Below are positions 8,955 to 16,419 of a DNA stretch of 49,617 nt, piece after piece. The notes below the pieces were generated by a model. The model had not been told where the DNA came from. It searched no databases and was given only the letters and a program-made list of their open reading frames with translations. Numbering within the stretch: the first letter of the stretch is position 1; each line of letters starts with the position of its first letter. This stretch comes from a bacterium (GTDB lineage: Bacteria; Sysuimicrobiota; Sysuimicrobiia; Sysuimicrobiales; Kaftiobacteriaceae), in the NCBI GenBank assembly GCA_035693805.1, contig DASSGA010000169.1:1-49617 (forward strand), written 5' to 3'. Made by a program: the position numbers and the translations under genes.

Positions 8955-11117
8955 CTAGTCCTTCGAGGACCAGGAGACCCTCAGGAGGACGTTGCCGGTC
9001 GCGCCGGGCGCGAACGCCCCCGGAAGCACCTCCGTGGCGGCGGCATCATACCGGACGGTCACGGTGCCCAGGTTCGACGCGCCGTCGAGGAGCCGGATCG
9101 TCCCGTTGGACATGAGCAGTCCATCCAGGGTCACGCTGACGAGGTTCGCGCCGTGCTGCACGTCGATCCCCCACCCGCCCGATCCCTGGAGATCATCGGC
9201 GCACGGCGAGGGCGGGACACACCCACCCGCGGGATTATCGATCCCCGCGAACGCGTAGAGGATCCCGGTCACGCCGAAGGCCCGGGCGGCGAGCGCGGCC
9301 CCGGAGGAGATGAGCCGCATCGCGCCTCCGGCGACGAGGGCGGGATCCCCGGTGAGACTCTCCTGCCGGTAGTCCGATGTCCTCGCGGAGAGGCTCTCGA
9401 CGTGGATGTCACCAACGATGGCGGCTCCTGCCCGGCGGAAGGTGCCGATCATCCCCGTGACCTGCGTGGGTGTGCTGGCAGCGTAGACGACGACGGAGTT
9501 GCTGTCGGTCGCCGGCCGAGAGCGCACGCACAATGTCTCTCGCACGGACGGGGCGAGACCGAGACAATCGACCGTGACCCGGCGGGGGACCAGGGCGAGG
9601 ATATGGGCCGCGCCAACCGCAGCACGGCTGGCGCGCGACGTCCTGACTCCTGTGGCTCCCGCCGTCGCCTGGAGTTGCTCCACGCCTTCGGACGCGGTCC
9701 GCGTGCCCTGTGGACCTCCCCCGGATGAGGCCTCGTAGCGTTCGACGAGGCCGGCGGTCTGGGGAGTCCAGTTCGCCCCGATCGCGGTGGCGAACGAGGC
9801 GACCAGCATCGTCCCATTGAGGCTGGTCGTCACCGCCGGGGTCGAGTGGTCGGTTCCGCTCGGTGTCGGCTGCCCCAGCGAGACGTCGATCGGATCCGCA
9901 GTGTCCACGTTCCAGTAGGCCTGGATGCCGCCGGAGGCCTTCTGCGACGAGGTGAACGTCCACGTGTAGTTGGCCGGTTCGGCCGCAGTCGCCACTTTGT
10001 AATACACCGCAAGCCGCAGCGTGGTCCCGTTGTCGATGGGATTCACCCCACCCGGAACCAGCGTCCACCCGGCCGGTGCCGTGATCCCCGTCCCCGATCC
10101 GCCGCGCACCGCGATCGCGGCGATCATCACGTCGTTCAGGACGATACCGGCCGGCCGGTTGATCTGCAGCGTGGTGCCGCCCCCTCCATTGTCTCCCCCG
10201 CGGGACCCCCGGTGGGTGATCGTCTGGGTGGCGAGGGCATACTGCGTGCGCTCACCCGCGTTGAACTCGACGTAGAAGACCGCGCCGGAGATGATCCCGC
10301 CGATGGCACCCCCGCGGTCGTGGACGTACCGGTCCCAGCAGCGCTGGGTCTCCGTCGGCCCGAAGCCCCACCCCGCCGCCATGCAGCGGCTCGCGGCGTC
10401 GCCCCCGCGGAAGTAGAGGTTCAATCCGTCGATCGGATCCGTCGTACCGCGCGCGCGATTCCGGTAACTGCCCGGGTCGGCGCTGTCCATGTCCAGCCTG
10501 GGGAAGCGGAGGATGCCGAACGCCGGATCGCACGGCCAGGGCCACGCGGCACACGCGATGCCGGCGATCGCCCCGTTCGCGGTGACTGCGCCGGCGACCG
10601 TCGCGCCGGATGGGTTGATGGTGATCGCCGTGCCGGCGCCGAGCCGGTTGTTGGCGTGTACGGCGGCGGCGTCATCGGCAGGGAACGTGTTCTCGACGCT
10701 GAGCCCGACCTGCGGCCCGCCGAGGGTGACCGTCGTGTTGCCGAGGATGCCGTTCAGGGCGAAATGCGGAACGACCTTCACCGCCGCGTTGAGCACCTGC
10801 CGCGCGGCGCTCCGCGTGCCGACGGACTCGATGGCGCGGACCGCCCCCGAGGGCGTGACGGTCACCTGATACTGCCCGTCCCCCAGGGCATCGGTGACGC
10901 CGGCCCACCCGGCATTCAGACCGAGCTCGTACAGGGCGCGGGCGATGCCGCCGTCGGCGATGTAGTGGGCGGCGAGCGCGTCACCCTGGCTGTACGCGAT
11001 CGCGATCTCGGTGAGGGCGAGATCGACCATTGCGACGCCCATGACCGTGAGGACCACCACGAGCACCAGCACGGTGAGCAGGGCGGCTCCATCTTCCCGG
11101 CGCAGATGCGCTCGCAT
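8955..11117 (-). CDS. PilX-N-domain large pilus-associated protein (putative tip/adhesin subunit)
   Basis: N-terminus MRAHLRREDGAALLTVLVLVVVLTVMGVAMVDLALTEIAIA is PilX-like with no Glu at +5. It is followed by about 650 aa of Gly/Thr/Ala-rich, beta-type sequence. Confidence 0.65.
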   Translation of the reverse strand: MRAHLRREDGAALLTVLVLVVVLTVMGVAMVDLALTEIAIAYSQGDALAAHYIADGGIARALYELGLNAGWAGVTDALGDGQYQVTVTPSGAVRAIESVGTRSAARQVLNAAVKVVPHFALNGILGNTTVTLGGPQVGLSVENTFPADDAAAVHANNRLGAGTAITINPSGATVAGAVTANGAIAGIACAAWPWPCDPAFGILRFPRLDMDSADPGSYRNRARGTTDPIDGLNLYFRGGDAASRCMAAGWGFGPTETQRCWDRYVHDRGGAIGGIISGAVFYVEFNAGERTQYALATQTITHRGSRGGDNGGGGTTLQINRPAGIVLNDVMIAAIAVRGGSGTGITAPAGWTLVPGGVNPIDNGTTLRLAVYYKVATAAEPANYTWTFTSSQKASGGIQAYWNVDTADPIDVSLGQPTPSGTDHSTPAVTTSLNGTMLVASFATAIGANWTPQTAGLVERYEASSGGGPQGTRTASEGVEQLQATAGATGVRTSRASRAAVGAAHILALVPRRVTVDCLGLAPSVRETLCVRSRPATDSNSVVVYAASTPTQVTGMIGTFRRAGAAIVGDIHVESLSARTSDYRQESLTGDPALVAGGAMRLISSGAALAARAFGVTGILYAFAGIDNPAGGCVPPSPCADDLQGSGGWGIDVQHGANLVSVTLDGLLMSNGTIRLLDGASNLGTVTVRYDAAATEVLPGAFAPGATGNVLLRVSWSSKD

Positions 11118-11119
11118 CG

Positions 11120-12244
11120 TCAGTACCTCGGTCCGGCTTTCGCCGTCACGATGACCTCCTGGACCTGGCCGCCGATGACCTCATTGGCGCGAAACGCGCG
11201 GGCGCTGAGATCGACGGCATTCACGCGGACGGCCTCTCCGAGCGGGTAGGTCCGGACCACGCCGCGATCCAGTGTGAGGCAGCTCCCCGCGATCGCGATG
11301 ACGACGCGCCGGTCGGGCAGGTCGGCAGCGGCGGGGCCGTGGACCTCGCGTCCGATCTGGACCCGGTCTCCGGAAGCAAACCCCGACACGCTCGCCAGGC
11401 ACACCTGGCGGTCGCCCCGCACCAGAGGCGCAGTGAGCGTGCTTGTCGCCGCCGCAAAGAGCGTGCGTCCGGCCGGTGCGGCCAGGAGATCCGCGAGTGG
11501 AATGCGGTTCGCGGGCACGGTGCACTGCGCCGTGCAGCGTGTCAGCTGCGCGCCGGGATCAAGGCAGGTCCCCTCGCATTGGAACATCACGCTCAGCGGC
11601 TGCACGGCCTCCGCGTTCGGGTGGGTCTGCGTGAGGGGAGCGGCCACCGTCACGACGGCTCCGGTCACGACGATCACGCGCAGCGGACCTTCGTCGCCGA
11701 GCGAGGCGAGATCACCGGCCCGGAGGACGGACCCGTCCACCACGGTGAAGCTGGCCAGCCCGGCCGCGGCCGGGCCGTTGAGCGTCGTCCGGGCGCGTAG
11801 GACGAGCTCGCCCCGGCGATGCGGGCGCGCGAGGTTGGACGACAGGGTGACCGTCGTGCCCGAGATGCCGGCGACGGTCGCCCGCTCGAGCCGGTTGAGG
11901 CTCTGGATGGCGAGCGGCATCCCGGAGGCGAGGACGGAGGCATCCTCGACCTCGAGGGTATTCGATCCCGCCGCGGCATCCCGGACGAGGATCGTGGCTT
12001 TCGCCAGGCCGAGCTCCCGCCCACCGCCCCCGATGACGAAGTCCCTGGCCTGCCGCACCTCGTTCGAGATGCGGGTGAGCGCCACCCGGGGCTGCTGCTG
12101 CACGTCCAGCTGGCCTTCCAGCGCGCCCCAGCCGCGGACGGCCACCCCGATGAGCTCGTAGAAGGTGAACACGACGAGGCTCATCAGCACGATGGCGATG
12201 AGCATCTCGACGAACGTGAGCCCGTCTTCGCGTCCGCGCAGCAT
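11120..12244 (-). CDS. minor prepilin (PilW-like) with three internal ~55-aa repeats
   Basis: Leader MLRGREDG then LTFVEMLIAIVLMSLVV, with Gly at -1 and Glu at +5. The ATG lies 5 nt after the stop of the preceding pilin gene. Confidence 0.7.
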   Translation of the reverse strand: MLRGREDGLTFVEMLIAIVLMSLVVFTFYELIGVAVRGWGALEGQLDVQQQPRVALTRISNEVRQARDFVIGGGGRELGLAKATILVRDAAAGSNTLEVEDASVLASGMPLAIQSLNRLERATVAGISGTTVTLSSNLARPHRRGELVLRARTTLNGPAAAGLASFTVVDGSVLRAGDLASLGDEGPLRVIVVTGAVVTVAAPLTQTHPNAEAVQPLSVMFQCEGTCLDPGAQLTRCTAQCTVPANRIPLADLLAAPAGRTLFAAATSTLTAPLVRGDRQVCLASVSGFASGDRVQIGREVHGPAAADLPDRRVVIAIAGSCLTLDRGVVRTYPLGEAVRVNAVDLSARAFRANEVIGGQVQEVIVTAKAGPRY

Positions 12245-12249
12245 CAGAA

Positions 12250-12645
12250 TCAGAAGTCCCCGACCAGCGTGGTCAGCGTGACCGTGCGCGGTGCAGCGCC
12301 CTCGAGCCACGTGACCGTCACGTCGACCTGTGTCAGCCCGGCGCCAGATGGGGCTGGTTTCGTCACCACCGTCGTGCGCGTGTATCGCCCCGCCGGATCA
12401 ACCGTCCCAAGCTCGGTGAGTGTCTCGGTCGTCGTCCCGCTGGTGAGGCTCGCGTAGCTCCGGCCGCGGAGCCATTCCAGACGCTGCTGGGCGAGCAGCG
12501 TTCCCGTGGTCACGCCGCGCCCCACGAGACCCTGTGAAGAGGCGGTGAAGTAGAAGGCAGTCAGCACGAAGACGACCATGCCGAAGACGGCGGTGGCCAC
12601 GACGACCTCGATGAGGGTGAGCCCCTTCGCTCCGCTCACGGACAT
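12250..12645 (-). CDS. minor prepilin (PilV-like)
   Basis: MSVSGAKG then LTLIEVVVATAVFGMVVFVL (G-1/E+5). GGAGG lies 7 nt upstream. 131 aa. Confidence 0.75.
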   Translation of the reverse strand: MSVSGAKGLTLIEVVVATAVFGMVVFVLTAFYFTASSQGLVGRGVTTGTLLAQQRLEWLRGRSYASLTSGTTTETLTELGTVDPAGRYTRTTVVTKPAPSGAGLTQVDVTVTWLEGAAPRTVTLTTLVGDF

Positions 12646-13091
12646 CCGGCGGCCTCCGAGAGCTGGGCGCGCCCCGTCCCGGCGCTGACGTCCAGCCGGA
12701 TCCACTGCGTGCCCTCGGTCAGGCAAAACTCCCCCGGTGCAAGGGGAGCACCGGAGGACCTGAATTCCAGCGGCGTCGCGGCGTACGACCCCGTGACCGC
12801 GACCGCGACCGGAACGACCGCATGCTTCAGCCCGCTGCCGTCCAGCTTCTCGATGCTGTACCGGGACGGCGGACCGGCGGTGTATACCAGCCGGACCTGC
12901 TCGTCGAGGGTGACCGCCTGCTGCTGCGCAAGGCGGACGTCGGAGAGGAGCTGCCGGGACGCATGGCGGAGGTCACGCACCTTCTGATATCGCTCCAGGG
13001 CCGGCATGACCAGCGCGATGATGATCGCGCCCACGGCGATGGCCATGAGCAGCTCCAACACCCCGAACCCGCGGGCGTCGATCCGGCTCAC
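12636..13091 (-). CDS. minor prepilin (GspH/FimT-like)
   Basis: The GTG start overlaps the upstream stop (GTGA). VSRIDARG then FGVLELLMAIAVGAIIIALVMP (G-1/E+5). RQLLSDVRLAQQQAV is typical of GspH/FimT. Confidence 0.7.
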   Translation of the reverse strand: MSRIDARGFGVLELLMAIAVGAIIIALVMPALERYQKVRDLRHASRQLLSDVRLAQQQAVTLDEQVRLVYTAGPPSRYSIEKLDGSGLKHAVVPVAVAVTGSYAATPLEFRSSGAPLAPGEFCLTEGTQWIRLDVSAGTGRAQLSEAAGCP

Positions 13092-14404
13092 GGCACGCCC
13101 CGGGACGGACGGCCGAGGCCGATCATCGCGCCGAGCACACTCCAGAAGACCGGCGCCACACTGACCACGCTGAAGCCGAACTGGAGGGCCACGAGGTAGC
13201 CCGCGAGCCCGCAGACGCCGGCGATCGCCCAGGGGACCCGCTCCCCCCCCGAACGGACGACCCGAGCCGCAGACCGGAACGCTGCGGTGATGATGCCCCA
13301 ATACGCCAGCAACCCGACGACGCCGAACGACATGAGCATGTCCAGTGTGTCGTTGTGGGCCTTGTCGATGATCCTGGGCGTCCGGCCCCACAGCTGCCGG
13401 CGGCGCTCGCCCCATTCCTGCGAGAGCACGGCGGCGAACGTGTCCGGCCCATAGCCGAAGACGGGCCGGCGGATCACTAACCGCGCGCTCTGCCCCCAGA
13501 GATAGAGGCGGTCGGCGACTCTGTTGCTGTCGATCCGGGTCACCGTGCCGGCCTCGGCCAGGAACGACGAGCCATCGCGCGGGGCCAGTGGACCCCCGGG
13601 CAGCCCGAAGACCACCGTCATCCCGAGGGCGAGCCCGAGCACCACCGCACCGCGGCCCACCGGCGATCCGGGCAGCCGCCGGGACACGAGCACCGTCATG
13701 AGTCCTGCGGCCACCAGCATCCCTCCCCACGCAGCCCGGCTGAACGAGCAGAGCGCGGCGAGGGTGATGACGAGGCTCATGAAGCCCGCCGCCGCAGTCG
13801 CGGTGCGATTCCGGGCCACCAGACACGCCGCGACGGCGAACGGAAGCACGAGGACCATCAAGGCGCCGAAGTAGTTGGGATGGCCCGTCGTGGCGAACGC
13901 CGCCACCCAATCGGCGCGCAGCGGATCGCGGATGATGATCTCGGCGCCGAAGTACTGGGCGATTCCATAGACCGCCATCGCACCGCCGCTCCCGAGGAGG
14001 GCGCCGGCCCACAGGCGGAGCCTGCGGCGCACCAGCTCGGATGAGGCGACGCAGACCACGAGGTAGGCCAGGAACACGAGGAGTCCCTCGTGGCGCCAGG
14101 AGGATCCCCACAAAGCCAGGCGAGGATCGATGGAGAGGACGGTCGACGCGGCCGCCGCAGCGCCGAACGCGAGCACGGGTCCGGCGTCGCGGACGAGCGC
14201 CGACCGAACGTCGTGCTGCCCGGCCAGGCCGAGGGCCGCCACCGCCGCGAGCCCAAGGAGGGTCCGGGCCTTCAGCCCGTAGTACGTGTCGTCCAGGTTG
14301 GACAGGTCGACCAGCAGCGGGACGACGGCCACGACCAGGAGGATCCCCCAGGTCATCGCCAGCGTCGCTGAAGACGATGCGCTCCGGTGTGCAATCGTAG
14401 CCAT
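13088..14404 (-). CDS. O-antigen ligase (Wzy_C) family membrane protein, candidate pilin O-oligosaccharyltransferase
   Basis: About 11 TM segments. Contains the ligase-type loop GHPNYFGALMVLVLPFAVA ... SFSRAAWGGMLVAAGL. It is the first gene after pilA. Confidence 0.75.
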   Translation of the reverse strand: MATIAHRSASSSATLAMTWGILLVVAVVPLLVDLSNLDDTYYGLKARTLLGLAAVAALGLAGQHDVRSALVRDAGPVLAFGAAAAASTVLSIDPRLALWGSSWRHEGLLVFLAYLVVCVASSELVRRRLRLWAGALLGSGGAMAVYGIAQYFGAEIIIRDPLRADWVAAFATTGHPNYFGALMVLVLPFAVAACLVARNRTATAAAGFMSLVITLAALCSFSRAAWGGMLVAAGLMTVLVSRRLPGSPVGRGAVVLGLALGMTVVFGLPGGPLAPRDGSSFLAEAGTVTRIDSNRVADRLYLWGQSARLVIRRPVFGYGPDTFAAVLSQEWGERRRQLWGRTPRIIDKAHNDTLDMLMSFGVVGLLAYWGIITAAFRSAARVVRSGGERVPWAIAGVCGLAGYLVALQFGFSVVSVAPVFWSVLGAMIGLGRPSRGVP

Positions 14405-14471
14405 CGGACCCCGCCTCGTGACAGCCCCCCGGGAGGCCGCGCGGGCACCCCCCGGGTGACGCCATGTCCCG

Positions 14472-14969
14472 TTACGGGGTGATCAGGTCGCCGACGAGTC
14501 CCCGCACGCTCGACCCCGCGCCGACCACGAGGTAGTAGGTCTTCCCGTTCATGTCACCGCCGGCCACACCGGGGATGCCGAGGCGGCTCCACTCGGTCGC
14601 CCCGGGGGTCCCGCTCGTGCAGGTCCCGGCGGCCCCGACGAGCGCGGCGTCAGGGGTGGCCGCGCTGAGGCAGACCATGGTGTACCCCGCCCAGTTCCAC
14701 ACGTTGCCGGCGGGCGGCAGCGACCATCCGATCTCACCATTCGTGTCGCACTTGGTCGTATTGAAGTTCTTCTCGACCAGGCACGAGAACTCGAGCGCCT
14801 TCCACTCGCTGGCGATCTGCCTGACTTCGGCGCTGAATGCGCGCTGGCGCGCGCCGAGGAAGCTCGGCAGCGCGATCGCGATCAGCAACCCGATGATCGC
14901 GATGACCACCGCGATCTCGATCAGGGTGAACCCCCGGACCCCCCTGACCACCTTCCGGATCCCCTCCAT
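14472..14969 (-). CDS. pilA: type IV major pilin
   Basis: MEGIRKVVRGVRG then FTLIEIAVVIAIIGLLIAIALPSF, the canonical class III signal with Glu at +5. GGGGGA SD. 165 aa with paired Cys in the C-terminal half. Confidence 0.85.
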   Translation of the reverse strand: MEGIRKVVRGVRGFTLIEIAVVIAIIGLLIAIALPSFLGARQRAFSAEVRQIASEWKALEFSCLVEKNFNTTKCDTNGEIGWSLPPAGNVWNWAGYTMVCLSAATPDAALVGAAGTCTSGTPGATEWSRLGIPGVAGGDMNGKTYYLVVGAGSSVRGLVGDLITP

Positions 14970-15022
14970 CACCGGTTCCCCCTTTGGCACCTGAGTGCCG
15001 CGAGACTCCACCTGCCGCCCCC

Positions 15023-15051
15023 ATCGTGCCAGAGTGGTATCAGGCGAACAA
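15023..15051 (-). promoter_or_regulatory. candidate pilA promoter (TTGTTC-17-CACGAT)
   Basis: Minus strand reads CCCATTGTTCGCCTGATACCACTCTGGCACGATGG. The -35 context CCATTGT resembles the pilB and pilC promoters. It overlaps a sigma54-like TGGCACG-N7-GC. Confidence 0.3.
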
Positions 15052-15084
15052 TGGGAAGGTCGGGCCGGGCGTGGGACAAAAGGC

Positions 15085-16299
15085 CTACCGCTGGATGTTG
15101 CCGATGAGGCTCCAGATGGGCAGCAGGACGGCGAGGGCCACGATCAGGACGACTCCACCGACGGCAGAAATCAAGATGGGCTCGACCACGGAGGCGAAGC
15201 GCTTGACGGTGTTGTCCACCTCGCGCTCGTAGTAGTCGGCAACCTTGTTCAAGACCTCCTCCATCGCGCCCGACTCTTCCCCCACGCGCACCATCTGCAC
15301 GACCATGGCCGGGATCAGCGGGCTCCGGTCGAGGGCTTCCGCCATGGACATACCCACGCGCATCCGTTCCCGGGCAGCCTGCACCGCGGCGCCGACGACC
15401 CGGTTGCCCAGGGCATCGGCCACGGCGGCGAGCCCTTCGAGGAGGGGCACGCCGCTGCGGATGACCACCGCCATCGAGCGGCCGAACCGGGAGAAGGCCA
15501 GGCGCAGGACGATCGGGCCGAGGATCGGCGCCCGCAGGAAGAACGCGTCCATGAGGTACTGCCCGCGCTCGGTGCGGCGGGCCAGCGCTCCCCCGATAGC
15601 GGCCGCCCCGAGCGCGGCAAGGATGAGCCACCAGCCGCCGCGGAGGATCTGGCTTGCGCGCAGCATCACCACAGTGACGGCCGGCAGCGCGATGCGGAAC
15701 GAGGCGAAGACGCGCACGAACATGGGCAGGATGAAGGCCACCGCGATGACGGCGACCGTCATCGTGAATCCCAGCACGATCAGCGGGTACGTGGCCGCAG
15801 TGCGGACCTTCTGGACCAGGTCCAGCTCGCGCTCCAAGAAATCGGCGAGGTAGTTGAGGGCGGTGTCGAGGACGCCGCTGACTTCCCCCGCGCGCACGGT
15901 GTTCACGTAGAACGGGAAGAAGGCCTCGGGATGGCGCTCGATCTCGCCGGAGAGGCTGCCGCCCCGCTCGATGCCCAGACGCACGGTCTTGATGATGCCG
16001 CGCAGGCGGCGGCTGGCGGACTGGCCCTCGAGGACCTGCAGGGCGCCGACGATCGGCAGCCCCGCCGAGATCATCGTGGCCAGCTGCCGCGTGAAGAGGA
16101 CAATGTCGCGCCGGCTCACCCGCATATACCGGCCGACCTGGTGCGCGGCGCTCTCCAGGACCTCCTGCTCGTTGAGGGCAGAGACCAGGAAACCGCGGGC
16201 CTGCAGCGACGCGGCGGCCAGCCGGGCGCTGTCCGCGTCCAGCACGCCGCTCTCGAGATGACCGGCCTGATCCCACGCCCGGTAGGCGAATCGCGCCAT
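15085..16299 (-). CDS. pilC: type IV pilus platform protein PilC (GspF family)
   Basis: 404 aa with two GspF repeats (LFTRQLATMISAGLPI... and RFGRSMAVVIRSGVPLLEGL). GGGAGA SD. The listed 1228-aa ORF is read-through of the same frame upstream. Confidence 0.92.
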   Translation of the reverse strand: MARFAYRAWDQAGHLESGVLDADSARLAAASLQARGFLVSALNEQEVLESAAHQVGRYMRVSRRDIVLFTRQLATMISAGLPIVGALQVLEGQSASRRLRGIIKTVRLGIERGGSLSGEIERHPEAFFPFYVNTVRAGEVSGVLDTALNYLADFLERELDLVQKVRTAATYPLIVLGFTMTVAVIAVAFILPMFVRVFASFRIALPAVTVVMLRASQILRGGWWLILAALGAAAIGGALARRTERGQYLMDAFFLRAPILGPIVLRLAFSRFGRSMAVVIRSGVPLLEGLAAVADALGNRVVGAAVQAARERMRVGMSMAEALDRSPLIPAMVVQMVRVGEESGAMEEVLNKVADYYEREVDNTVKRFASVVEPILISAVGGVVLIVALAVLLPIWSLIGNIQR

Positions 16300-16330
16300 C
16301 GTCTCCCTACCCCCGATGTGGGGCACCGCT

Positions 16331-16377
16331 ATTGTAGGAACATGCGCGGAGCGGCCACAATCGGCCGTTCGGCCTAC
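16331..16377 (-). promoter_or_regulatory. candidate pilC promoter (TTGTGG-18-TACAAT) plus conserved upstream block
   Basis: Minus strand reads GTAGGCCGAACGGCCGATTGTGGCCGCTCCGCGCATGTTCCTACAAT. The 33-nt block 16345..16377 matches 21259..21291 at 29/33 positions. Confidence 0.45.
16332..16361 (+). promoter_or_regulatory. candidate kinase-operon promoter (TTGTAG-18-CACAAT), face to face with the pilC promoter
   Basis: The same 30 bp read on the plus strand give a second -35/-10 pair. This follows from the imperfect palindrome ATTGTAGG-N16-CCACAAT. Confidence 0.35.
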
Positions 16378-16419
16378 CGCGCAGAGGGGTTCTCTACCGC
16401 GGCGAGAAAGGGGCACGGC

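Noticed and set aside
14405-14471. Possible attenuator or terminator between pilA and the ligase-like gene (CCCGGGGGG...CCCGGGGGG).
   Set aside because: The two G/C tracts are direct rather than inverted repeats. The best stem is only 6-7 bp with wobble pairs, and there is no U-tract.
15078-15087. Recurrent TAGGCC context at the stop codons of pilC (15085), the HD gene (21288) and the second PilB paralog (27947), considered as a possible signal.
   Set aside because: With only three cases and a 6-mer in GC-rich DNA, this cannot be separated from chance. At 21288 it is already explained as part of the conserved pilB promoter block.
16342-16419. ATG at 16342 as the histidine kinase start.
   Set aside because: It lies inside the predicted pilC promoter spacer, has no SD, and would add a non-hydrophobic Arg/Ala-rich extension. 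The GTG at 16420 has an SD and starts at the first TM helix. I keep 16342 as an alternative only.
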